Source: an uncultured archaeon
GTDB lineage: Archaea > Asgardarchaeota > Lokiarchaeia > Sigyniarchaeales > Promethearchaeaceae
Length of the DNA stretch: 15,058 nucleotides
Assembly (NCBI GenBank): GCA_964426185.1
Contig: CAYRPF010000050.1
Location: forward strand, 1 to 15,058
Reading direction: 5' to 3'
Numbering within the stretch: the stretch's first letter is position 1; each line of letters starts with the position of its first letter. Both the position numbers and the translations under genes were made by a program. Under the pieces are notes generated by a model, which worked only from the letters and a program-made list of their open reading frames with translations, had not been told where the DNA came from and did not search any database. Shown here in pieces: positions 1-8,413 of this stretch.

Positions 1-171
1 GAAATCGATTTCAGTCCAATTTATTATTTTTGTGAGAATATTTGTAATTTGTAAATCAAATCGGGGTGTTTAGTCGGCGGGTTATATATAAACTAAAAAT
101 TAAGATATAGGATCACAAAAAAGAATCCAACAATTATCTTAATTTAGGCGGTCTCGTTTTATTTAATTAGG

Positions 172-426
172 ATGATGTCTACTGAATTTAGTATTTCTAG
201 TATTTCTATGCAAGTAAAAACTTTAGCAATACCTTGTTCCAGATGTAGACATCTTCAGAAATTGGAATTTTTGGGGAATGATAGAGTATTTATTCAATGT
301 AGATATCAATCTTTGGAAAAGAACATAACTGAAATGATAAAATTGGGCGGTAGATGTGTTAATTATAGTGAGTCGATCGAGAGCCTACAAGGAATTTTAA
401 AATCTGAATGTGAAGAGCATCAATAA
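172..426 (+). CDS. Small hypothetical protein with CxxC...C...C motif (possible Zn/metal-binding)
   Basis: 84-aa ORF with CSRC...IQC...GRC; TATA-like TTATATATAAA at 82-92; ends 2 nt from the convergent gene's stop; true start may be a downstream ATG. Confidence 0.55.
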   Translation: MMSTEFSISSISMQVKTLAIPCSRCRHLQKLEFLGNDRVFIQCRYQSLEKNITEMIKLGGRCVNYSESIESLQGILKSECEEHQ

Positions 427-428
427 AA

Positions 429-1262
429 TCAGTTGTTTTCTTTCAATTTAGAGATTCGGTTTTTGAGATATTTCACATCATTAATTCTTTTAGGGAATTT
501 TAACAAGAAAGCATTTTTATCTCGCTGTATAATATTCAAACAAGTAGTAAGAAGAGAGAGTGTGTGATTTTTTGTAGTAGATTCAGATGAATTTGCTTCC
601 CGCAAAATGTTTAGATAATCATTCAAAGAATAATCGGTTGAGTTCAATACTTCTTCTACCTTACTCGCTTTCATTTCTTCGGCTTTTCTCTCTTCTTCCA
701 CTTTACGTTTTTCTTCCGCTATTCTTTCTTCTTCTCCTTTACGTTTTTCTTCAATTACAAGAAGGAGATTTTCATATTTCTGTATTCGCGAAAGATCATT
801 CAATTCATTTGATTGTTCAAGTAATTCCTGGGCAATGATTTTCTTTTCTGTGGGAGATCTTGAAGAATCGAGGGAATTAAGTTGCTTTTCTAATTCTTCA
901 ATCCGTTTTATCATCAATTTCTGTTTTTTTGCCCAGTTATCCAGCTGTTTTTTATATTCTTCTTCCGAAATTTTTAGATACAGCAAAAATTCTTGAGTTT
1001 GATTTGTAAAACCCTCAATGGTGAAATGTCGTAGAATTGTAATAGAGGGGTTTCTCTTCAAAACTTGCTCTTCGATACGCGGGATCAAGTTTTTCAAATC
1101 GCGCGGAGCTTCTGATCCCACCCATATATACAACCTCTTCACTCGGAATAAATAAAAAGCAATTATATGAACACTTTCAAACACATCTAAGATATTTTTA
1201 GGCTCGATAAGCTTGATTTCTCCACTTTTTAACAACCGATAAATCAGAAATGGACTTTGCAA
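429..1262 (-). CDS. Gelsolin-like domain protein with coiled-coil/charged C-terminal extension
   Basis: N-terminal ~100 aa with gelsolin-fold motifs LYIWVGSEA and IEG..QTQEF; then heptad-rich helices and an E/K/R-rich tract; TTG start preceded by GGAG RBS. Confidence 0.75.
   Translation of the reverse strand: MQSPFLIYRLLKSGEIKLIEPKNILDVFESVHIIAFYLFRVKRLYIWVGSEAPRDLKNLIPRIEEQVLKRNPSITILRHFTIEGFTNQTQEFLLYLKISEEEYKKQLDNWAKKQKLMIKRIEELEKQLNSLDSSRSPTEKKIIAQELLEQSNELNDLSRIQKYENLLLVIEEKRKGEEERIAEEKRKVEEERKAEEMKASKVEEVLNSTDYSLNDYLNILREANSSESTTKNHTLSLLTTCLNIIQRDKNAFLLKFPKRINDVKYLKNRISKLKENN
701..752. repeat. 36-nt-period intragenic direct repeat encoding EEKRKxEEERxA
   Basis: CTTTACGTTTTTCTTC at 701-716 and 737-752. 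Confidence 0.85.
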
Positions 1263-1277
1263 TTCTACGACACTCCT

Positions 1278-4200
1278 TTATTCAGGTGAACTTTCAAAAG
1301 ATAATAAAGACTTTTCTTGGGGTAATAATGGGAGTCTTTGTAAAATGGAGATTAGGTATGATTGAATATTTTCATTGCTACTTCGCATTACATCTAAAGT
1401 GAAAAATGCCAATTTTACTCCGAAATAATCTTCGAGGATTTTTTTAACAAGTCCCAGACTGTTCATAACTTTATCTAATTGAGCTTGAATTTCCGTTAAC
1501 GGCTGTTTATTTTGAATTAAACAAAAAGCGGAAAGCAATATCATTAAACTGGCCGTATTGTAATCATTTCGTCGGGCCATGCGCTTAGAAAGCTTGATAT
1601 ATTTAATAGATGCCTCAGAGTATTTTTTCTGTTCTAATAAATTGAAAATATCCTGATAATAAGTTCGAATCATTTTTTTCCGTTTTTGCATAATAGTTGA
1701 AAAATCATTTGCTAATTCCGAAATGTCTTGCATCAAGACAATGGCTTGTTGATCGAGTAAATTATCTTCATCAGCAGTTCCATCACTTGAAATTGTGGCT
1801 AAATTACTAAATTCTTCAAATTTTTCACTATCATGCTGAAAATGTTGTGATAGCCTAACAAGAAAAGAGATTTCCCAATCGAATAATGGTAGCTTAGATT
1901 GAAATGCAGAAAAGATATCATTTAACATGCGTTCTGCGTTTGGATTATCCCAATACAGTAAAACAAAATCCAATAATTTTACCGGATCACTTGAAAGAAG
2001 TTCTTCATATTGGGTTTTATACTGAAACATAAATTTTTCAAATTCGCGATAAACTTCTTCTTGACTTTTTACCTTCAGAAGAGTTAGAAATCCCATGATT
2101 AAGGAGATAATGGCATACTCCGGATAATTGCGATTGACCATATTAAAAAACTGCTCTAAAAATGAAAGAGAAGCGTCTTCGTAATCTTGCCTGGCAAAAT
2201 GATCTTGACAATCACCCCAATATTTCAGATCAAACATTTTCCGCCTATTTTTCAATTGGACATTGGGAATGATATTTTCTATCAGTAAATTATAGTTTGA
2301 AGGAATAGGATTTTCTGATTTGACTAGAGTTTTTTGATGATCAGTTAACAGACTGGAAAAATCGATATCTTCTCCAATCAAGGTTTCTAAAATTAGTCGT
2401 TCTTCAGGGAATAGTGCAAATACATTGAAAATTTTTAAAGTTTCTCTAATTTTCTCCGAGTTATTATTTTCAATCATTTGTAAAAAATAATCTATTAATT
2501 GGAATGCGAAAGTTTTTTTGAAAATATCGAAATTAATGCGAGGATTTTTTTCAAATCTATGTAAATCGTGCTTTAATGCAGAAATATTGTGGACCAATAA
2601 ATATAGAAAAGTAATTACTGCAAAATTAATCCCAGCTAGTTCAAATTTCTTACTTGCGGCTAATTCTTCGGCAGTTTCAAGATATTTTTCAATGGCTTTA
2701 TAATACTGCTTCTCTCTGAAAAATTGAATCGCTTCATTATAATAACGCCGTTTTAATCCATTTCGCATCCTTAGTAAATTTTCAGAGGCAATTTGCTGGT
2801 CACGCGCTAGAATCTGCAGTTGAGAGAGCATTTCAGAAAACATTTGCGCCTTTTGGGATTGTTGCACTTTTTCTACTTTCGATCGACTTAATTCAGAAAC
2901 AATTTCGTCGATTTTTGCACAGTAAGAATGAGATAATTGATGGGTTTGAATTTTTTCCGCATATTTCCGCGCTTCGCCATATTCTTGTTTGGAAATATAA
3001 TATTTAACTAATTTGACATAAACTGAATCCAGATCGATTGATTCTTCATCTAAATAGCTTTTAGCTGCAAGTTCGATTTTGTTTAGTAGCCCTAATAGAA
3101 AATTAATACCTTTAGAATCAATTTTATAGGCTAATATTTCTGCATACGCAATTAATTTTTTTAAGTATAGAGTGGCTAATTGTGAAGATTCTTCGTATAA
3201 CAAATGATTACGATACAATTGAATAAATTGGACAATATTTCGTTCCGATTTTTCATTTCCTTCTCCAAATTTAATGCGAGAGAAATAATCTTGAATTTGA
3301 GTAAATTTTGATTGCAAGAAAGTCCGGCGCGGTTTTTCAGGTAAATTGAGAACATTTTCAAGAATACGAAATATTTGTTCATTATTTAGGTAAAAGTCTA
3401 AAAGAACCAACCATGCATTCGTGCTAAAAGAAACTTGGCCATATTTTGTGAACCATTTTGCCATTTGGATTATCTTTTTCTCAATTTTTGAGAAATCTTC
3501 TTCATTTAAGGTTCCTTCAGTCAGTTTTTGTAAATTATCAATTCTTTGCTGAAATCTCTCTCGTTCGAAAAGTATATATCCGTCTAAAATTTTTGTTTTA
3601 TTTGTTAGATCTTCGATTTCTCCCTTTCGGATCAATTCTTGTATTTTTTTTTCAGTTTCCATTCGTAAATTCGTTAATTCGATCTGTAACGGAGTACTAT
3701 TTATTTTTGGGATGATTCCTTCAGCTTTAAGAAAATCGCGTTTCTCAATAAACAATTTTGCCATTCTATATAAGAAATCATCAATGTTTTCAGATGGGAT
3801 ATCGTATGTCTCCCAAATATTGGTTAATTCGTCATAAGTTAACCGTGCAGTATTGACATCGTTATTTTCTAAATTTTTCAGCAAAATGCGTTTTAAGATT
3901 TTAACTACTTTTCTCCCTAATACTTGAAGGGATTCAAAAAGGCCAGCTTTTTGATAACGTTGAAAACAAAGATACAATTGAGATTTGGCATATTCATTTT
4001 GATCATTTTCACAAAGATCATCGGCAAGTTGTGCAATTTTTTCCGTGATTTCTTCTAAAACTGCAATCATTCTTGCATGCTCAAATTTATCGAGTAAAGA
4101 AAATGCATTTTGAAGTTCACCTTGAGCAATCCATGCGTTAATCGCTGATTTATAACATGTTTCCATTAAAGAGCTATCATCTAGTTCTAATTTAACCCAA

Positions 4201-5027
4201 TTTCCTGCCATTTCGTATTTTTCTGCAGCTTTTTCATATTCATTTTTGGAAAATAAATCATTTGCTTCTTCTAGAACTGTTTCTATGTATTTACGTTCAA
4301 ATTGTTTATAATAAGGGGGATTAATCTCGCTAATCAAATTAGCTGCTTTTAAAAATTCACCACTTTCAGCATATAAATTGGCTGCTTGTTCAGCCAAAAT
4401 TAAATAATCCAGAGAATCTGATTGTTTCAAATTATTAACTAATCGTTCACATAAGCGGGCTGCTTCAAAGTAATCAGATTGTTGAACTAATTTATTAATC
4501 TGGGAGTAAAAGAGTGATTGTTGAATCCAAGATGTGGCAATATTGATATTTGCCCAACCTGAGATCACAGTTTGACAAAGATTTACTAAATATTCTTTGA
4601 TTAAACCAGTATCTGAATGAGGCGGAATAAAAACACAAGCCGAAGAATGAAACCAGAGCCAATGTAAAATCCCAGATATATCTCCTTTTAAAAGAGGATC
4701 CATAGTTCTAATAACAATAATTATGGGAAAATCTGTGCGTATTTCTTGCAAAAGATTCAAAACTTCTTGCAATTTTTCGAAATTCCCTTTTTGGTTTGGA
4801 TCCAAATAATAGAGTATACCATCTGCCATTTGTAAAGACTCTTTCCCGTGTTCCTCAAAATTTTTGGGAATTATCAAAGAGAGGTCCACATCATCTTCTT
4901 CAATTTTTAGGAAGGTGGAGTACTGGACATCTTGTCCTTCATCTTTACTTGAAAATCCCATATCATTAAATCCTTGCATAGCTGAAAAGATGTCTCCTAA
5001 AACCGCAAAAGTAAGCATAAATTGCAC
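1278..5027 (-). CDS. Large alpha-solenoid (TPR/SNAP-like) protein with N-terminal degenerate Ras/Rab-like domain and three C-terminal ~175-190-aa repeats
   Basis: 1249-aa ORF, GTG start; N-terminal FAVLGD, ADGILYYLD...NFEKL, PIIIVI; helical repeats such as AANLYAESGEFLKAA and AAEKYEMAG; repeated R.....(Y)Y/W and LPL...E motifs. Confidence 0.7.
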   Translation of the reverse strand: MQFMLTFAVLGDIFSAMQGFNDMGFSSKDEGQDVQYSTFLKIEEDDVDLSLIIPKNFEEHGKESLQMADGILYYLDPNQKGNFEKLQEVLNLLQEIRTDFPIIIVIRTMDPLLKGDISGILHWLWFHSSACVFIPPHSDTGLIKEYLVNLCQTVISGWANINIATSWIQQSLFYSQINKLVQQSDYFEAARLCERLVNNLKQSDSLDYLILAEQAANLYAESGEFLKAANLISEINPPYYKQFERKYIETVLEEANDLFSKNEYEKAAEKYEMAGNWVKLELDDSSLMETCYKSAINAWIAQGELQNAFSLLDKFEHARMIAVLEEITEKIAQLADDLCENDQNEYAKSQLYLCFQRYQKAGLFESLQVLGRKVVKILKRILLKNLENNDVNTARLTYDELTNIWETYDIPSENIDDFLYRMAKLFIEKRDFLKAEGIIPKINSTPLQIELTNLRMETEKKIQELIRKGEIEDLTNKTKILDGYILFERERFQQRIDNLQKLTEGTLNEEDFSKIEKKIIQMAKWFTKYGQVSFSTNAWLVLLDFYLNNEQIFRILENVLNLPEKPRRTFLQSKFTQIQDYFSRIKFGEGNEKSERNIVQFIQLYRNHLLYEESSQLATLYLKKLIAYAEILAYKIDSKGINFLLGLLNKIELAAKSYLDEESIDLDSVYVKLVKYYISKQEYGEARKYAEKIQTHQLSHSYCAKIDEIVSELSRSKVEKVQQSQKAQMFSEMLSQLQILARDQQIASENLLRMRNGLKRRYYNEAIQFFREKQYYKAIEKYLETAEELAASKKFELAGINFAVITFLYLLVHNISALKHDLHRFEKNPRINFDIFKKTFAFQLIDYFLQMIENNNSEKIRETLKIFNVFALFPEERLILETLIGEDIDFSSLLTDHQKTLVKSENPIPSNYNLLIENIIPNVQLKNRRKMFDLKYWGDCQDHFARQDYEDASLSFLEQFFNMVNRNYPEYAIISLIMGFLTLLKVKSQEEVYREFEKFMFQYKTQYEELLSSDPVKLLDFVLLYWDNPNAERMLNDIFSAFQSKLPLFDWEISFLVRLSQHFQHDSEKFEEFSNLATISSDGTADEDNLLDQQAIVLMQDISELANDFSTIMQKRKKMIRTYYQDIFNLLEQKKYSEASIKYIKLSKRMARRNDYNTASLMILLSAFCLIQNKQPLTEIQAQLDKVMNSLGLVKKILEDYFGVKLAFFTLDVMRSSNENIQSYLISILQRLPLLPQEKSLLSFESSPE

Positions 5028-5063
5028 TTTTTTTCCTTCCTAATTCTCTATCACTCGTTATTT

Positions 5064-5133
5064 ATAATACTATATTTATTTCTTTATCCCTTAAAGATCT
5101 TTTAGAAATTTTTAATTACCTATAGTACATTAT
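5064..5133. promoter_or_regulatory. Divergent promoter region with dyad-symmetric candidate operator
   Basis: AT-rich gap between divergent genes; palindrome AAAGATCTTT (5093-5102) and inverted pair TACTATA (5068-5074)/TATAGTA (5121-5127). Confidence 0.5.
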
Positions 5134-5140
5134 CTTGATT

Positions 5141-5578
5141 ATGTCTTTTTCTGAAAGAAAAAATCTTGCACAATGTTTTATTGCAGAATTATCTTCTGAA
5201 ATTAAAATCCCACCAAATATTCATGAACATTTAAAACCGTTAGGTAAAAATTTGGTTGCAGTGATTCCAGGTGATTCTAAGAAACTTTCATTTTTCTTAA
5301 CTGATTGTTCTCGAGTTCTATTTGTGAAACTATTACTGGATAAATCTTCTTTAAACGAAAGCTTCTTTACTTCATTGCGAAAAACACTCCAAGAACTTAA
5401 AATGGTAAATCTTTTCTCTACAGGAATTTGCTTTAAAGATGATATCTGTGTGTGGGAAGGTGTTTTTGAGTTTGATGATAATAGTAATCTTTCCATCATT
5501 CGAGAAAAATTATCACATGTAAAACATGTGAATAAAGCCAATTTCGAAGAAATTGAATTAAATAAAGGTTCCAACTAA
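5141..5578 (+). CDS. AbrB-like N-terminus plus ACT-like domain protein (putative regulator)
   Basis: IKIPPNIHEHL resembles AbrB IxIPxxIRExL; C-terminal beta-alpha-beta-beta-alpha-beta pattern ending IREKLSHVKHVNKA is typical of ACT folds; ATG at 5141 preferred over TTG at 5135. Confidence 0.55.
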   Translation: MSFSERKNLAQCFIAELSSEIKIPPNIHEHLKPLGKNLVAVIPGDSKKLSFFLTDCSRVLFVKLLLDKSSLNESFFTSLRKTLQELKMVNLFSTGICFKDDICVWEGVFEFDDNSNLSIIREKLSHVKHVNKANFEEIELNKGSN

Positions 5579-5579
5579 G

Positions 5580-6251
5580 GTGGTTGGGGTCGTGTCATTC
5601 CGAAGAAACTCTGAAGATAAGATATTTTTGCTCCATCCTACTCGAAGGAAAATCTATAAAATAATATGTGAGAATCCGGGCACATATTTTTACCGATTAA
5701 TGCAACATGGGGATGAAGGGATAAGTAGTGCTACTTTACTATATCATCTTTCCAAATTAGAAGAAGATGAACTGATTCACTCCGCAAAAATTGATGGAAA
5801 AAGGATTTACTTTCCCAAAAATCTTCGAGATTTTGAAACTGAGCGCGCTTATATGTTGTTAAAAAATGACAATGCTCGTAAAATATTTCTATATATATTA
5901 AATCATGAAGGGTGCTTTCAAAATGAAATTGCGCGTGAACTTAACATCCATCATGATACTGTGCGCCATCATGTTGCGAAACTGGTTGATTCTGAAATGA
6001 TTGTAAAAGAAAAGGAAGGGCGCCAAATTCACTTCAAAATTGGAAGATTGGGTAAGGAAATATTGAAAGGTTCAATGGTTATCTTCTCGGAGGCGTACAT
6101 TCGTTTTATCATTTCAAAACTTGCTGATGATTGTCACTTTCCAGAAATTGTTGAACGAACAAATGAGCGGATTGTTATTCGAGTGGTCTGCCCCAATGAA
6201 GATGATATTGAATTGAACATTGATATCTCTGGATGGGCAATTGAAGAATAA
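5580..6251 (+). CDS. Tandem winged helix-turn-helix transcriptional regulator (ArsR-like, COG3398-type)
   Basis: Two HTH units: RRKIYKIICENPG...TLLYHLSKLEE and ARKIFLYILNHEG..QNEIARELNIHHDTVRHHVAKL; start may be GTG 5592 (AGGTGG upstream). Confidence 0.85.
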   Translation: MVGVVSFRRNSEDKIFLLHPTRRKIYKIICENPGTYFYRLMQHGDEGISSATLLYHLSKLEEDELIHSAKIDGKRIYFPKNLRDFETERAYMLLKNDNARKIFLYILNHEGCFQNEIARELNIHHDTVRHHVAKLVDSEMIVKEKEGRQIHFKIGRLGKEILKGSMVIFSEAYIRFIISKLADDCHFPEIVERTNERIVIRVVCPNEDDIELNIDISGWAIEE

Positions 6252-6358
6252 CACGCCGTGAAAGCGGAAAATTCCTTTTAAATCAATGATTTGTTCATGA
6301 TATAAGAAATATAGGTATGAAGCACATCTTTTTTTAAGGTTCTAGCTTTATTAAGGGT

Positions 6359-7069
6359 ATGATAACCGAGGATCTTCGCACCAGAGAATTAACCAATATC
6401 CTTCATGTTTTAGATCGAAACAGTGAGATAGTGCGGGACCACTTGATTAAAAAAATGAAAGAATCCTTAAACATCGGTTCTCGGTTGATAGATAGCGAAT
6501 TGGAAGGGATGGCGGCGGTTTTTCGGCCTATAATAAAATCCTTCTATTCAAATTTAGTGCAAAAAGATTTGGAATACGGAACTATTAAAAGTATTAACGG
6601 AATGATCCGTCTTGCTAAGAAATTAATTAGCGATGGAATAGAACCAAATACTGCTGAATTTGAGCGCAGGTTGGATTTAAAGTTTCCCAGCTATCTTAAA
6701 AATGATCAAACAGGCCGACAATGCAAGCGTTCTCATCCAAATTTTCCACGTTTAAAATCTATTCTTAAAAATACGTTTCGAGCCCAAATTCTGGGAATCT
6801 TACCTTTATTGAAAGTTCAATCTAAAGAGATCTCATATTATGATGAACTTTGTAGAGCTGCGTTTAAAACTGAAGCACGATGTAAAGAAGCTTTACAGAT
6901 GCAGACGCAATCCATGAAAGAAGGATTGAACGTAATTAAAGAAGATTTATCCATTCTGAACATTATAACGGGTAGAGATCTGATTTTCCGTGTGCTCCAG
7001 AAAGGATTTAATAAAAAAATAGATGATTTTAATCGAGAAATTGAATTAATCTTTGCTAGTGAGGCTTAG
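6359..7069 (+). CDS. Hypothetical helical protein
   Basis: 236-aa ATG-started ORF, amphipathic-helix composition, no recognisable motif; 5 nt from next gene. Confidence 0.8.
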   Translation: MITEDLRTRELTNILHVLDRNSEIVRDHLIKKMKESLNIGSRLIDSELEGMAAVFRPIIKSFYSNLVQKDLEYGTIKSINGMIRLAKKLISDGIEPNTAEFERRLDLKFPSYLKNDQTGRQCKRSHPNFPRLKSILKNTFRAQILGILPLLKVQSKEISYYDELCRAAFKTEARCKEALQMQTQSMKEGLNVIKEDLSILNIITGRDLIFRVLQKGFNKKIDDFNREIELIFASEA

Positions 7070-7074
7070 GCTTA

Positions 7075-8319
7075 ATGCCAGCAACAGATAATTTTCGTCA
7101 CCATAACCCCGATGAACCTATAAAAAGGAATCCATTAATTAAAGTCTTTGTATTCTTTGTCGAATTAATGATTGTTTGGCAAGGCTATTATGTCTTTCGG
7201 CTCATTTCCAATCAATTCGAGGTTTTTCTGAATTTTAGTAAAGTTCACCATGGCGTTTTTCTTATGCCTCTTTCATTTTGGTTGGGAGTTCTCTACATTA
7301 TGATACTCTCAAAGTTATTTAACCGTTACATAGTTTTAATCGCAGTAATAAGCGCAGAATGGTTTTTTGAGCAATTTATTTTTGATGTTGTCATTCAGCC
7401 CGTAGTTCTGGGATATTTAGCTTATTTAATTATCATTGAGAGTTTAACTCCATATAAAGGGGGGGATTACTATCAAACGAGTCATTTTTTAAAACAAATT
7501 GGGGTGAAAATTTTATATATTCTCGGTTTTTTACCAATTCTTTATTTTGGATTTATTTTTCAATCTCCGATTCCCTTTTTTTCCTCTGATGGGTTCCAAA
7601 TTCGGTTATATTTGTGTCTTAATTTTCTTTTGAACAATCTTTTTCTTATTATTCCTGCTTGGCTTACCTTTTGGATATTAGATCGAGCATTACAGCCCTG
7701 TTTTCCCCTGGATAAATCTGACAAAGTAATACTTCAAGCACTTCAAGCGGATCAAAAACAGAATAAATATGAAGCGCTCCAAGCTGAAGACACAAATGGA
7801 TCGAGAGATCGGAAATTTTTGGACTTGTACCAGCAAGTTTTACCTCAACCTGGAGAAGTGTATCTTCAAATATTGACTCATCATTCGCTTGAAGATGATG
7901 ATCATACGATTGTTGTCCCTTTAGGAAAAGTGCGGGTTTATTTTTGCACGAGATGTACAGCCATGATATTTGGTGTTATCTTCACTTTCCTACTTTCAAT
8001 GATTTTATTTCATGATTTCAATCTTCCTATTGATACAAATGTAGCTTTTTGGCTGGGAGTCATTCTACCTATTTTTCCGTTATTAGATTGGGGATTGCAG
8101 GCTTTGAAAATTAGAAAAGCGACCACTGCTTCACGATTGATAACCGGGTTTATTCTAGGTGTTTCAATGCAGTTTATTCCCTTTGCAATCGGCGAATCTT
8201 TGTATTACTTACTGGTTGTTGTGGGTTATTTTACTATCTTCTTCTTTTTATATATAATTCGGAGTAAAATGGCTCGAAAAGAAGCTGATGAACAAACACT
8301 ACAAGATTTTGCTAAATAA
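7075..8319 (+). CDS. Multi-pass membrane protein with C-terminal DUF2085-like domain
   Basis: Many hydrophobic segments; THH...HT...FCTRCTA, LLDWGLQ and SRLITGFILG match the DUF2085 pattern (CxRCxG, DxxxQ, RxxTG). Confidence 0.75.
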   Translation: MPATDNFRHHNPDEPIKRNPLIKVFVFFVELMIVWQGYYVFRLISNQFEVFLNFSKVHHGVFLMPLSFWLGVLYIMILSKLFNRYIVLIAVISAEWFFEQFIFDVVIQPVVLGYLAYLIIIESLTPYKGGDYYQTSHFLKQIGVKILYILGFLPILYFGFIFQSPIPFFSSDGFQIRLYLCLNFLLNNLFLIIPAWLTFWILDRALQPCFPLDKSDKVILQALQADQKQNKYEALQAEDTNGSRDRKFLDLYQQVLPQPGEVYLQILTHHSLEDDDHTIVVPLGKVRVYFCTRCTAMIFGVIFTFLLSMILFHDFNLPIDTNVAFWLGVILPIFPLLDWGLQALKIRKATTASRLITGFILGVSMQFIPFAIGESLYYLLVVVGYFTIFFFLYIIRSKMARKEADEQTLQDFAK

Positions 8320-8413
8320 CTGAGTTACAATTTTAAAGTTCGGAGTTTGATGAAAAATATAATTATCTAAAAATAAATTTATTTACGATGCTAACCTTTC
8401 CTCGTTTGCCAGC

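Noticed and set aside
587-838. 83-aa hydrophobic + strand ORF
   Set aside because: Antisense shadow of the E/K/R-rich tract of the gelsolin gene
2518-3715. Short ORFs 2518-2703, 3176-3382 and 3458-3715
   Set aside because: Nested in the 1249-aa gene, no independent signals
5221-5574. 117-aa minus-strand ORF
   Set aside because: Antisense to the better-supported ACT-like gene, which is coupled to the HTH gene
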